In this document: piece after piece, positions 1 through 9,224 of the stretch
Layout: the number at the start of each line of letters is the position of its first letter
Position numbering within the stretch: position 1 is the first letter of the stretch
Origin: Allobaculum fili
Lineage (GTDB): Bacteria; Bacillota_I; Bacilli_A; Erysipelotrichales; Erysipelotrichaceae
Assembly (NCBI RefSeq): GCF_020969955.1
Contig: NZ_JAHDSX010000012.1
Coordinates: 23,411-55,410, forward strand
Length of the DNA: 32,000 nucleotides
Direction: 5' to 3'
Notes under the pieces: model-generated
What the model saw: the letters and a program-made list of their open reading frames with translations, nothing else
Databases searched by the model: none
Told to the model about the DNA's origin: nothing
Translations under genes and position numbers: made by a program

Positions 1-2
1 TT

Positions 3-2048
3 GAAGGCGCTTCAAGTCTGCGCATTCTCCTTACGGAAAGCACGCTCATTGACCGGTACTGGATCCGGCTTCTGGTTTCCAAAGGCGCGCACGTTGAAAA
101 AATGCGTCATCATAAGCGGTTTTACTACTGGTCGTGTTCGAATGCGCGCAAGGAAATGGAAGTGTGCGCGGATGCGATCGTCCGCAATAAACTGGATGCT
201 TCGACGTGCATGATCGCACTGGCCGATCCCGAACAGCGCTGGGTGCTGGCCAGAGCACTCGAATCGCGCGGCATTCCGTTTACCTTTATTCAAAATGACG
301 GTTCGCGAAAAATTGTCGATCAGTGGAAAAGCGCGCTGACCTGGGTCATGAAAAAGGATGACGAATCCCTCATGGCGCTTCTGGAGACGCTCTATCCGAT
401 GGCCGCCTGCGATCTGCGCCGCTATTTGCGCCTCTTTGGAAACGAGGGGACGACGCTGCAGAGTCTTACATGGCGTCCCAACGCGCTGATCAGCGAAGAA
501 ACGTTTCTTTCTCTGCAGGCGCTTGAAGTCAGCGCCTCCCAGTGGAAGCCAGTTCTCGAATCGCTGCAGGCGCTCGATCTGAACTCCATCGACACCATCG
601 GCCGTCTGATCATGGACCAGTCCCCGGATCCCAGTCCGGACGATCTCAACGCCTTTGAAGGCGTCATGAATCTGATTACCGCAGTACGCAGCGAACTGCA
701 TAAGCCCGAAGATCTCGCCCTTCTCATTCGCGAACTCGATAATCTGCAGCCTTCGCAGGCCATGAGCGAACTCAACGGGGTTCTGATCGGTTCGCGCGCG
801 CAGATTTGCGGACTGTACGAAAACGTATTTTATATCGGAGCCGACGCAGCGCATTTCCCAGGCTCGCAGGTGCGCGGCGGCATCTTTGATGAAGCGTACA
901 TGGACCAGCTGAATTTCCCTTCGCTCGAGACACGCACGCAGGAGCATTTTGAAATGCTTACGCAGGTTCTCGAAGAGCCGGAAAGCCTGTTTCTGATGAC
1001 GGCGCAGTCCGATTATATGGGAAAAAGCATCGATACGAGCCATGAGCTCAATACGTGGCTCGGTCTGCTGCCCAAGTTCATGGCGCCGGCGGAGCCGATT
1101 TCCGATCCCCGGCCGTCCTTTACGTTAAAGGGCATGCACGCGTCTTCGCTGTTTGCTTCCCAGGACGGCATTTTGCAGACTAGACCGCGCTCGCTGGCCG
1201 CCTTTGAAGACTGCGCTCTCAAAAACATGCTCCAGTACGGGCTCCGTCTGAAAAAACCGCCGACGGAGCGGGATCTGTTTAAGGTCAGCTCGGATCTGCT
1301 CGTACGCATGGTCGAAGAGGCCGGAAGCCGCTTTGGCGTTTCGTGCGATCAGCTGAGCCGCGAGCAGATTGAAACGCTGCTTACCGACGAATTTTCCTTT
1401 GCGCGCGAACTGTTTGCCGAGCGCCGCAAGAGTGAACTCGATGCGCTGTATGCGCAGAGTCTTCTTCGCATGGAGCGGATTTTCCATTCGCTCAAGCCGC
1501 TGAGCGCCATGAAACTGACGATGGTGCCCGGCAGTCCGGATGTGCAGATGAAGGAAGAGTATGACGGTCTGGCGATGAATATCGAAGGCCCGATTGCCTC
1601 TTCGTCCAGAAACCGGGCGGTGTTCAATCTGGTCGATACCGAGCCGTCGCCCTTTGTTTCCGATTCGCTGCCGCAGGCGACGATCAATCTGTCCATGCAG
1701 CCTTCGGCCATGCCGCAAAAAGCGTTCGCTCTGCGCTACGGCCGCGGCGCTTCGCCGGTTCTTGCCGAATCCATCGGAACGCAGGAAGCCCTGATAGACG
1801 GCCAGCGCGATCATCTGCGCCATGCGCTCGTCGCTCAGAATTTTGGCGAGGACGCTCAGGGCATGCGCGCCGAACTGGCAGGCCGCGTACCGACGTATGT
1901 GAGCACGCAGGAAAAACTGAGTTCGCAGGCCGAACAGCTGGCCGACAGCCTGCAGAAAAACGACATTCAGCCGTATCATCGTCCGGCAGCCTGTCAGCAC
2001 TGCCCGTACAAAACGATCTGCCGCAACGCGGCTCAGGAAAAGGAGTAA
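3..2048 (+). CDS. addB: ATP-dependent helicase/nuclease subunit B (AddB), 5'-truncated by the window edge
   Basis: Frame 3 is open from nt 3, with no stop before the ATG at 102 listed in the ORF track, so the gene starts upstream of the window. The C-terminus carries C-x2-C-x5-C (ACQHCPYKTIC), typical of the AddB Fe-S/nuclease domain. The stop lies 4 nt before the addA start, and the addA RBS sits in its last codons. Confidence 0.8.
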   Translation, partial: EGASSLRILLTESTLIDRYWIRLLVSKGAHVEKMRHHKRFYYWSCSNARKEMEVCADAIVRNKLDASTCMIALADPEQRWVLARALESRGIPFTFIQNDGSRKIVDQWKSALTWVMKKDDESLMALLETLYPMAACDLRRYLRLFGNEGTTLQSLTWRPNALISEETFLSLQALEVSASQWKPVLESLQALDLNSIDTIGRLIMDQSPDPSPDDLNAFEGVMNLITAVRSELHKPEDLALLIRELDNLQPSQAMSELNGVLIGSRAQICGLYENVFYIGADAAHFPGSQVRGGIFDEAYMDQLNFPSLETRTQEHFEMLTQVLEEPESLFLMTAQSDYMGKSIDTSHELNTWLGLLPKFMAPAEPISDPRPSFTLKGMHASSLFASQDGILQTRPRSLAAFEDCALKNMLQYGLRLKKPPTERDLFKVSSDLLVRMVEEAGSRFGVSCDQLSREQIETLLTDEFSFARELFAERRKSELDALYAQSLLRMERIFHSLKPLSAMKLTMVPGSPDVQMKEEYDGLAMNIEGPIASSSRNRAVFNLVDTEPSPFVSDSLPQATINLSMQPSAMPQKAFALRYGRGASPVLAESIGTQEALIDGQRDHLRHALVAQNFGEDAQGMRAELAGRVPTYVSTQEKLSSQAEQLADSLQKNDIQPYHRPAACQHCPYKTICRNAAQEKE

Positions 2049-2052
2049 CGCC

Positions 2053-5000
2053 ATGGAGGATTCCACAAAAAACGAAGCCGTCCAGCAGGCCCTGGAAAAC
2101 GATGCGCAGCTGGATCGGTCCCAGGACAGCCAGATGCAGGAACTCCCGAAAAAGCCGCTCGTCTTTTCGCCGGCCCAGCAGAAAGTCATCGACTCGCGCA
2201 ATAAGAATCTGCTGGTCAGTGCCAGCGCGGGCGCCGGTAAAACCGCCGTTCTGGTGGAACGGCTCTGCCGTCTGGTCGTGGACGATCATGTCCCCGTCTC
2301 GTCCATTCTGGCGGTGACCTTTACCGAAGACGCGGCTGCCGAAATGAAAGTCCGTCTGAAAAACCGTCTGATGGAAGCAGCGAAAACCGACCCGTCTCTG
2401 AATAAGGAAATCGGGGCGCTGGAAACTGCCATGATCTGTACGATCCATTCCTTCTGCCTGTCCATCGTGCAGCAGTATTACTTCGTCGCTGGCCTTCCGT
2501 ATTCGATGGTCAATCGCATCGATAACGATCTCGCGGACAGTCAGGCGCTTGAGGAAGCGGTGGAGCAGAGCATGCAGGCACTCGATCCCGCCAGAAGCGC
2601 CGAACTGCTTCTGTACATGGAAGCGTGCGGTCAGAAGGAAGAACATCTGCGCAGCCGCCTGCTGCGCTATTTGTCGCTGGCCGAAAGCAAGGCCGATCCG
2701 GACGGGTGGATGAACGCCTGCCGCCATGAGGCGGAAGACATGTCCGCCTGGTTTTTGAAATACTTTGACGTGCGCTGTGAGGCGCTGATCGATATTTTTG
2801 AGGAAATGATCGAAGAAGTGCAGGTCATGGACTTTGCCAAAGCCGCCAAGCAAAGCGAATACATCGAGCGCTTCTCCCGGAAAGTCGAAGCGCTCGAGCG
2901 CTGTCGCGAAGCGCTGGCCAAAGGGGATTATGAAGCCTTTGGCGCGCAGTTTATCGAATATGCGGAAACAACGGACAAATTCACGCCCACCATTAACAAG
3001 ATTTCCTTTAAGGACATTCAGACCGACTCCCGTAAGTTTGAAAAGGAAATCGCCGATGTCCTCTTTACCAGAAAGCAGTATGAGGAGTCCGCAAAACAGA
3101 TCGAGCGCGTGCGCAATACGTTTATCGATCTGGCCATCGATGTGCGCCGCCGCTTTCAGGAAATCAAAAAGAAAGCCGGCTTTATCGACTTTTCCGATAT
3201 GGAACTGTACGCATGGAAAATTTTGCAGGATCCCGAAACCGCCAAAGCGCTGCGCGATCGCTTTGAAGTCATTCTGATCGACGAATACCAGGATACGAAC
3301 GACTTGCAGGAGACGATCATTCAGGCCATCGCCCGCAAAAACAATGTGTTCCGCGTCGGCGATATCAAGCAGTCCATTTACGGCTTCCGTCAGGCCAGAC
3401 CCCAGCTGATGAAAAATCACCTGGAGCATCCAGGCGAATACGACGAGATTGTAGCGATGCAGGAAAACTACCGTTCCAGCGACAGTCTGATCCGCTTCAA
3501 CAACGACTTCTTCCGCCATCTGATGAACGTCGACGGTCTTCCTTCCCAGTTTTCGGCCATCGATACGGCGGTAACCGGCAGTGCGCGCCAGAAGGAACAG
3601 GCGCAGAAGCCGGTGCGCTTTCTGTATACCGAGTTTGGAAAGGATGCGCGCCTTGGCGAAAGCCTTAGTGCCGCGGGAGCCCAGAAGGAACACCGGGAAA
3701 ACCGGTTCGATCTGATCGCGCAGGATATCGAAAACCACGTGAAAAAAGAAGGCATCGCCCTGCGCGACATCGCAATTCTTACCCGCTCGTCCACGTCCCA
3801 CGACAAGATCAAGAAGGCGCTGGAAGCCTGGGGCATCCGTTCCGTGCATCATGTGCGCCATGGCTTTTATACGAACAAGGCGGTGCAGGTCGTTCTTTCC
3901 GCCATGCGCGTCATTGAAGACGAACGAAACGACATCGCGCTGATGTCCGTGCTCGCTTCGCCGCTGACCGGCTTTACGCAGCAGGATATTTTGCCGATGC
4001 TGAGCGGCAGCGAAGACGGTCAGTCGCTGTACACCCGGCTTCGTCAGAGCGAAAAAGGCTACGAACTGTTAAAAATCGTGCGCGACCTCAAAACGCTGAA
4101 GGATCTGAGTCTGCCCGAAATGATTGTCGGCATTTATCAGATCCGCGGCTTTTACGACTATTCCACTTCGGCGCAGGACAAGACGAACCTCGATCTGCTT
4201 CTGGAAAAGGCGGTTTCGGCTCAGGGCCTGCTCGATCTGGAAGGCTTTCTGTCTTCAGCCGCGCTCGAAGAAGATCTCGATAAGACCAGTGAAGCGATGC
4301 CTTTTGGCAAGGAAGAAGACGCGGTGCATATTTCCACCATTCACGCCTCCAAAGGCCTGCAGTACAAGCTCGTCTATATTCTTTGCGAACAGCGGCAGAG
4401 CGACATCGAAGGCATGAGTCCGATTCTGCTCGATGCGGATCTGGGCGTCGCCTTCAAGGCGCTCGATCCGAATACGATGCTCAGTCACAAAAGCGCCGCA
4501 ACGATCGCCTTCGATACGAAGCGCTTCTTTGAAGAGCAGCAGGAAAAGATGCGTCTGCTTTATGTGGCGTGCACCCGTGCGGAAGAAGAATTAGTCTTTG
4601 TCGATACGCTCAAAAACGAAAATCTGTACGACGGCACGCTGAACCTGTATCGAATTCTGGCCAACAACGGCTTTACAAGCTGGTTTTTCTCCCTGTATCA
4701 TCGAAACCCGATTGATCTGGTGGACTTTGAAGACGTGCCGGAGCTGCTTCAGCGTCCCGATCGCGGCGTCAGCCATCATAAGAAAATTTCCATTCGCCGC
4801 TATCAGGGACCCAGACAGATCGTCTATTCGCAGACCGCCTCCAAAACCAAGGCCCACGCCTCCTGGCCCAAAGGCGGCTATGGCAAAGGCGTCGAAAGCG
4901 GACTGGCCAAAGAGCGCGGCACCCTCTTTCATGAAATGGCCGCCACATTGCCCTGGCCGTATACGCGCGAGGACGTAGAAGAGCGCCTTCGCCAGTCCGG

Positions 5001-5340
5001 ACTCGGTCTGTCGTCTGGCGATGCGGACTTGCTGCTGCGGCTGAACGACAACGCGACGTACGCGAAGTGGATGGAACTGCCCCATGAATTTGAATGCCCC
5101 TACTGTGTCATGGAAAAGGGTACGATCATTCACGGCTACATGGACCTGGTCGTTTTTGACGGCGACACGATCGACATTCTCGACTTCAAGACGGACGCGG
5201 CCTTTGATGAACAGTCGCTTGCGGACCGCTACCGCGGCCAGCTCGAAACGTATCGAAAAGCCATGCAGAGCATTCATCCCGACCGGAAAGTGCGCGCCTG
5301 GATTTACTCCTTTGAACTGGCGTCTCTGTTCGAAATCTGA
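2053..5340 (+). CDS. addA: ATP-dependent helicase/nuclease subunit A (AddA; UvrD-like helicase plus C-terminal PD-(D/E)XK nuclease)
   Basis: 1095-aa ORF. Walker A motif ASAGAGKTAVLVERL; UvrD-family motifs (DEYQDTN, NYRS). C-terminal nuclease motif GYMDLVVFDGDTIDILDFKTD. AGGAG RBS 7 nt upstream of the ATG. Tightly coupled to addB. Confidence 0.92.
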   Translation: MEDSTKNEAVQQALENDAQLDRSQDSQMQELPKKPLVFSPAQQKVIDSRNKNLLVSASAGAGKTAVLVERLCRLVVDDHVPVSSILAVTFTEDAAAEMKVRLKNRLMEAAKTDPSLNKEIGALETAMICTIHSFCLSIVQQYYFVAGLPYSMVNRIDNDLADSQALEEAVEQSMQALDPARSAELLLYMEACGQKEEHLRSRLLRYLSLAESKADPDGWMNACRHEAEDMSAWFLKYFDVRCEALIDIFEEMIEEVQVMDFAKAAKQSEYIERFSRKVEALERCREALAKGDYEAFGAQFIEYAETTDKFTPTINKISFKDIQTDSRKFEKEIADVLFTRKQYEESAKQIERVRNTFIDLAIDVRRRFQEIKKKAGFIDFSDMELYAWKILQDPETAKALRDRFEVILIDEYQDTNDLQETIIQAIARKNNVFRVGDIKQSIYGFRQARPQLMKNHLEHPGEYDEIVAMQENYRSSDSLIRFNNDFFRHLMNVDGLPSQFSAIDTAVTGSARQKEQAQKPVRFLYTEFGKDARLGESLSAAGAQKEHRENRFDLIAQDIENHVKKEGIALRDIAILTRSSTSHDKIKKALEAWGIRSVHHVRHGFYTNKAVQVVLSAMRVIEDERNDIALMSVLASPLTGFTQQDILPMLSGSEDGQSLYTRLRQSEKGYELLKIVRDLKTLKDLSLPEMIVGIYQIRGFYDYSTSAQDKTNLDLLLEKAVSAQGLLDLEGFLSSAALEEDLDKTSEAMPFGKEEDAVHISTIHASKGLQYKLVYILCEQRQSDIEGMSPILLDADLGVAFKALDPNTMLSHKSAATIAFDTKRFFEEQQEKMRLLYVACTRAEEELVFVDTLKNENLYDGTLNLYRILANNGFTSWFFSLYHRNPIDLVDFEDVPELLQRPDRGVSHHKKISIRRYQGPRQIVYSQTASKTKAHASWPKGGYGKGVESGLAKERGTLFHEMAATLPWPYTREDVEERLRQSGLGLSSGDADLLLRLNDNATYAKWMELPHEFECPYCVMEKGTIIHGYMDLVVFDGDTIDILDFKTDAAFDEQSLADRYRGQLETYRKAMQSIHPDRKVRAWIYSFELASLFEI

Positions 5341-5806
5341 TCAAAACCGGCCAAAATCCGGATAAAATGTGGGAAAGAAATCCAGATCAGGAAACGATGA
5401 ATAAATCCTGTACAATGCCCTAATCTTTATTGGATTGCTTTACAGACCGCTTACAGGATGCGAAAAATCATACAGTTTTAAGCAGAACGTAAGACTTGTT
5501 TTGAAAGCCTTTCGTTCTGTTATTTTACTTTTCAGGATTGGAAACGAGGACAATGACCGGTAAAACTAGCGGTTTCTGTAGATATTATTTTCCAATCGTC
5601 CTTTACTTTTCACTCGAATCCGTCCTTTTTTCAAACGGTGAACCGCAAAAGAATCCCTTTTCCGTACACCCTTACATCCATCATTGACCCATCAAATGTC
5701 AGAAATTGAAAAAATATTCTGCTCCATTATACTGTGTGTGTCCGGAAGACAAAGACCGGGATCTTTGTACAAGCGGACAAATGATAAAGGAGGATTCTTC
5801 AACCTT

Positions 5807-7135
5807 ATGGAAAAGCTTTTCCATCTTAAAGAAAAAGGAACGAACGTAAAAACCGAGATCATTGCCGGTATTACCACGTTCCTGGCCATGGCGTACATTC
5901 TGGCTGTAAACCCGATGATTCTTGGGGATGCTGGCATGAAACCAGAAGCTGTATTCATGGCAACTGCACTTTCTTCCGCTGCTGCCTGTCTTCTGATGGG
6001 TCTGCTGGCTAACTATCCGGTTGCTCTTTCCGCCGGTATGGGTGTCAACGCCCTCTTCTCCTATACGGTCGTTCTGACCATGGGCTATTCCTGGCAGGCT
6101 GCACTTGCCGCTGTTTTTATTTCCGGTCTTGTATTTGTTCTGATTTCCGTTACCGGAATCCGTAAGAAGATCATCGATTCCATCCCTGTTCAGCTCAAGC
6201 TGGCCATCGGTGCCGGTATTGGTTTCTTCATCGCGTTTGTCGGCCTGAAAAACGCCGGCATCATCGTGGCGAACGAATCGACGTTCGTAGGTCTTGGCTC
6301 CTTCGTAGATCCGCAGGTTCTGCTGGCTCTGCTGGGCATCATCATCACAATCGTCTGCGTTGTCCGCAAAATTCCAGCCGGCGTATTTGTCGGCCTGATC
6401 ATCACCGCGGTGATCGGCGTTATCCTCGGCCTTTGCGGCGTAGACGGCATGCCGGCCATCAACGGTGTTCTCACCACAAACTTTGACATGAGCGCTGCCG
6501 GTGCGTTCGCAAGCGGATTTGGCGAACTCTTCTCCCATCCGATGAATGCGCTGGTAGTTATCTTCTCCTTCCTGTTCGTAGACTTCTTCGATACCGCCGG
6601 AACTCTGGTTGCGATCGGAAACGAAATCGGTCTCGTTAAGGAAAACGGCGAACTCGAAAATGCTGAGCAGGCTCTGCTGGCTGACTCCATCGGTACCTGC
6701 ATCGGTGCTGCTCTGGGTACTTCCACAGTAACCAGCTTTGTTGAATCGTCTTCTGGTGTAGGCGTAGGCGGACGTACTGGTCTGACTGCCGTAACTACAG
6801 GCGTTCTCTTCATTCTGTCCATCTTCATCAGCCCGCTGGTTCTCGGCATGATTACCAACGCGGTAACTGCTCCGGCTCTGGTTGTTGTCGGCGTCATGAT
6901 GGCGCAGCAGCTCAAGGGCATCCAGTGGGATGATCTGACGATCGCAATTCCGGCGTTCATCACCATCATTTCCATGATCCTGATGTACTCCATTTCCAAC
7001 GGTATTGCGTTTGGCTTCATCGCCTACGCAGTGTGCATGGTCGCTGCCGGCAAGATCCGTGAAATCCATCCGACCGTATGGATCCTGATGGTAATCTTCG
7101 TGATCTACTTCGCTTCGCCTTACCTGATGGCTTAG
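5807..7135 (+). CDS. NCS2/AzgA-family purine (adenine/guanine/hypoxanthine) permease
   Basis: Polytopic membrane protein. The N-terminus MEKLFHLKEKGTNVKTEIIAGITTFLAMAYILAVNP is typical of AzgA/PbuG-type permeases. I chose the ATG at 5807, preceded by AAGGAGG, rather than the upstream start of ORF 5684. Confidence 0.85.
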   Translation: MEKLFHLKEKGTNVKTEIIAGITTFLAMAYILAVNPMILGDAGMKPEAVFMATALSSAAACLLMGLLANYPVALSAGMGVNALFSYTVVLTMGYSWQAALAAVFISGLVFVLISVTGIRKKIIDSIPVQLKLAIGAGIGFFIAFVGLKNAGIIVANESTFVGLGSFVDPQVLLALLGIIITIVCVVRKIPAGVFVGLIITAVIGVILGLCGVDGMPAINGVLTTNFDMSAAGAFASGFGELFSHPMNALVVIFSFLFVDFFDTAGTLVAIGNEIGLVKENGELENAEQALLADSIGTCIGAALGTSTVTSFVESSSGVGVGGRTGLTAVTTGVLFILSIFISPLVLGMITNAVTAPALVVVGVMMAQQLKGIQWDDLTIAIPAFITIISMILMYSISNGIAFGFIAYAVCMVAAGKIREIHPTVWILMVIFVIYFASPYLMA

Positions 7136-7193
7136 TCCATACTAAAAAAACAATCGATCGAATATCCGCCTCAGACGGAATCCATACAAAAAA

Positions 7194-7219
7194 GAAGCAG
7201 GGAAATCCCTGCTTCTTTT
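7194..7219. terminator. Bidirectional intrinsic terminator between the convergent permease and lipoprotein genes
   Basis: GAAGCAGGG-AAAT-CCCTGCTTC, a 9-bp stem, flanked by an A-run upstream and TTTT downstream. Confidence 0.8.
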
Positions 7220-7302
7220 ATATCTGTATCGTAGTGATTTTTTTAATGGATCGCAGGTCGTATGCCGGCCTGCTTTCTGTTTTTCCCGTTCTGGAAAAGG
7301 GT

Positions 7303-8982
7303 TTAGACGGACTGGCTTTTCGACTGGCCATTCTGTGTTGCGCCGGACTGCGCGTCCCAGTCGCCGTACGTGTCTGTATCCGGTCGTCTGGACGGACGGT
7401 TTGGACGGCCGCCGTTCTGGCCATTGGAATTTCCGCTTTCTCCATCCGGACGTTCTGGGGGCATCATGCCTTCAAAATCGTCGGGCATGTCTTCCGGATC
7501 AAAGTCATCCGGCATGTTTTCGGGGTCAAAATCGTCCGGCAGATCTTCCGGATCAAACTCCTCCCGCATCTGGCCGCGGCCTGGACCGCCTTGCATGCCG
7601 CCCGGGCCCATAACGGAAATGTTTCCGACTGTGGTCAGGCCTTCTTCCACAGTAAAGAATTCGCTCTTTGTGCCGTCCAGCCAGAGTTCGGCGTCCTTTC
7701 CAGCTGTGAGGTCCTTGCAGGAAAGAGTCAGCGTGATCGAAGCGGCATTGCCTGTCTGGGTATTGTTCCAGGTGATCAGCGTTTTTCCGTTCTGCTTCAG
7801 TTCGAGTTTCTTGAAGGAAGAGGCTGCAATCATGACGGTGTTCTGGGCGGCATCAGTCGGTTTGGTCGCCGTCGTGGAAAGACCGACTACCGTTCCGCCG
7901 CTGATTTTAAAGGTGCCGCGATCCGTATCGAAGGCGCCTTCCGGATTCTGAAGAGCGGCCGCGTAAATTTCGCCGCCCGAGATGAGCAGATCGCCGTTCG
8001 AATCGACGCCGTCATTCGTTTTGGAAACGAGGGTGAGCTTGCCGCCCTGAATGATCAGGCTGTTGGCGGCATTGAGGCAGTCATCGGTACTGTTGATGGT
8101 ATACGTTCCTTTTTCGATGGTCAGCGTGTCCTTGGATTCGATGCCTTCGCTTTCGGACTGGATCGTGTATGTGCCGTCTTTCAAGGTAACGGCGCCTTCG
8201 GCGCGCAGACTGTCGCCCTGGCTGGTGATCGTAAAGGTGCCTTTTTCGATGGTCAGCGTATCGTTGACATCTACGCCTTCATCTTCGGACTGAATGGTCA
8301 GATCGCCGTTTTGAATGGTCAGCGCGTCGCTGGCGTGAATGCCGTCTTCTTCAGCACTCAGCGCATACGTTCCGTTTTGGACAACGAGATCTTCTTTGGC
8401 TTTGACGGCGGAGCCGGCGGCATCGGAAATCGTCAGTTTCGCGCTGCCCGAAAGGGTCAGCGGCGCACGGGAATAAATCGCCGCGTCAAGAACGGCAATT
8501 GTACTGTCTTTGGCATGCGAGTTCGAAGAAACGGTGCTGGCTGCACTCGTTTCGATCGCCACGTCTTTCGCGTTGCGAACAAAGATTGCCGGGCCGTCGG
8601 TTACCGAAAGGTTGGCGCCGTCCAGCTTTAAAGTCACGCTCTGGTCTTTGGCGTCCACGACAACCGGATACTTGCCGGTTCTGGTCAGCGTGTACGTGCC
8701 ACCGTTTACGATTTTCAGACCGGAAGACGCGGAAGACAGATCGATAGTACTGGAAGATACGCTTTGAAGGTCGGCGATTTCAATATCGTCGTCAACTTTT
8801 TCGGACGTGTCTTCCGTTTTCTCTTCGTTCTGTTTTTTATTGAACCGATCCTTTTCGTTCTGGATCGCGGAAGAATCGGTTTCCGGCGTGTTTTTTGAAG
8901 GTACACATCCCGCCAGCATGGATGCGGCCAGCGCCGCGCCAAGCAGGGCGCGAACGCCATATTTTCGATGGGTTTTAGGCAT
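7303..8982 (-). CDS. Surface lipoprotein with Cthe_2159-like (carbohydrate-binding, beta-helix type) repeats and an acidic C-terminal tandem repeat
   Basis: 559 aa. Signal peptide with lipobox (SMLAGC). About ten degenerate ~22-aa units of the type G-T-Y-T-[IL]-x-S-x-x-[DE]-G-[IV]-x-x-x-D-x-L-T-I-x. C-terminal tail FDPEDLPDDFDPENMPDDFDPEDMPDDF. Confidence 0.8.
   Translation of the reverse strand: MPKTHRKYGVRALLGAALAASMLAGCVPSKNTPETDSSAIQNEKDRFNKKQNEEKTEDTSEKVDDDIEIADLQSVSSSTIDLSSASSGLKIVNGGTYTLTRTGKYPVVVDAKDQSVTLKLDGANLSVTDGPAIFVRNAKDVAIETSAASTVSSNSHAKDSTIAVLDAAIYSRAPLTLSGSAKLTISDAAGSAVKAKEDLVVQNGTYALSAEEDGIHASDALTIQNGDLTIQSEDEGVDVNDTLTIEKGTFTITSQGDSLRAEGAVTLKDGTYTIQSESEGIESKDTLTIEKGTYTINSTDDCLNAANSLIIQGGKLTLVSKTNDGVDSNGDLLISGGEIYAAALQNPEGAFDTDRGTFKISGGTVVGLSTTATKPTDAAQNTVMIAASSFKKLELKQNGKTLITWNNTQTGNAASITLTLSCKDLTAGKDAELWLDGTKSEFFTVEEGLTTVGNISVMGPGGMQGGPGRGQMREEFDPEDLPDDFDPENMPDDFDPEDMPDDFEGMMPPERPDGESGNSNGQNGGRPNRPSRRPDTDTYGDWDAQSGATQNGQSKSQSV
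7474..7554 (-). repeat. 3 x 27-bp in-frame tandem repeat (plus a partial fourth copy) encoding (D-D-F-D-P-E-[DN]-[LM]-P)n
   Basis: Plus-strand units aaaatcgtcgggcatgtcttccggatc / aaagtcatccggcatgttttcggggtc / aaaatcgtccggcagatcttccggatc. Confidence 0.85.
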
Positions 8983-9017
8983 GGTCTAATGTATCCTGTG
9001 TTGGATAGATTTCGAAG

Positions 9018-9087
9018 AAAAATCCGGATCCGTCCGGATTTTTCTGATTTCAGGCAGAGGGAAATCCGCCTTACCCTTCGGATTTTT
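9018..9087 (-). promoter_or_regulatory. Two tandem hairpins with interchangeable arms (attenuator-like) in the leader of the lipoprotein gene
   Basis: Plus strand: AAAAATCCGG (9018-9027) / CCGGATTTTT (9034-9043), and AAATCCG (9062-9068) / CGGATTT (9079-9085). The arm at 9035-9041 can alternatively pair with 9062-9068. Confidence 0.45.
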
Positions 9088-9224
9088 GATCCAAAGTTCA
9101 AAAAGCAGATGAAAGGATAAAAATGGAATTGTGGGAAAACAACAAGCAAATAAGGTTTTAATATTGTCTTTTATGGACAATATGGATTGGCTTTGCCTGC
9201 AGGAAGATTTTCCTGCCTGACTTT

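Noticed and set aside
1684-3861. 725-aa minus-strand ORF, together with similar ones at 12..1043 and 1125..2201, antisense to addB/addA.
   Set aside because: These are shadow ORFs of well-supported plus-strand genes. Their translations are Arg/Gly/His/Phe-rich with no motifs, and they have no RBS. addA/addB carry clear helicase and nuclease motifs in the opposite frame.
5699-7069. 456-aa and 276-aa minus-strand ORFs antisense to the purine permease.
   Set aside because: The translations are Asp/Gly/Asn/Arg-rich and low-complexity. The plus-strand frame gives a coherent polytopic permease.
7078-8631. 517-aa plus-strand ORF overlapping the lipoprotein gene.
   Set aside because: It is antisense to a gene with a lipobox, an RBS and repeat structure. 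Its own translation is Arg/Gly/Ala/Val-rich without features, and it starts inside the permease 3' end.
8986-9180. 64-codon minus-strand ORF spanning the attenuator-like hairpins and ending 3 nt before the lipoprotein ATG, a possible leader peptide.
   Set aside because: It starts with TTG and has no recognisable RBS. Its composition looks like translated AT-rich spacer. I keep it only as a remote possibility within the attenuator finding.
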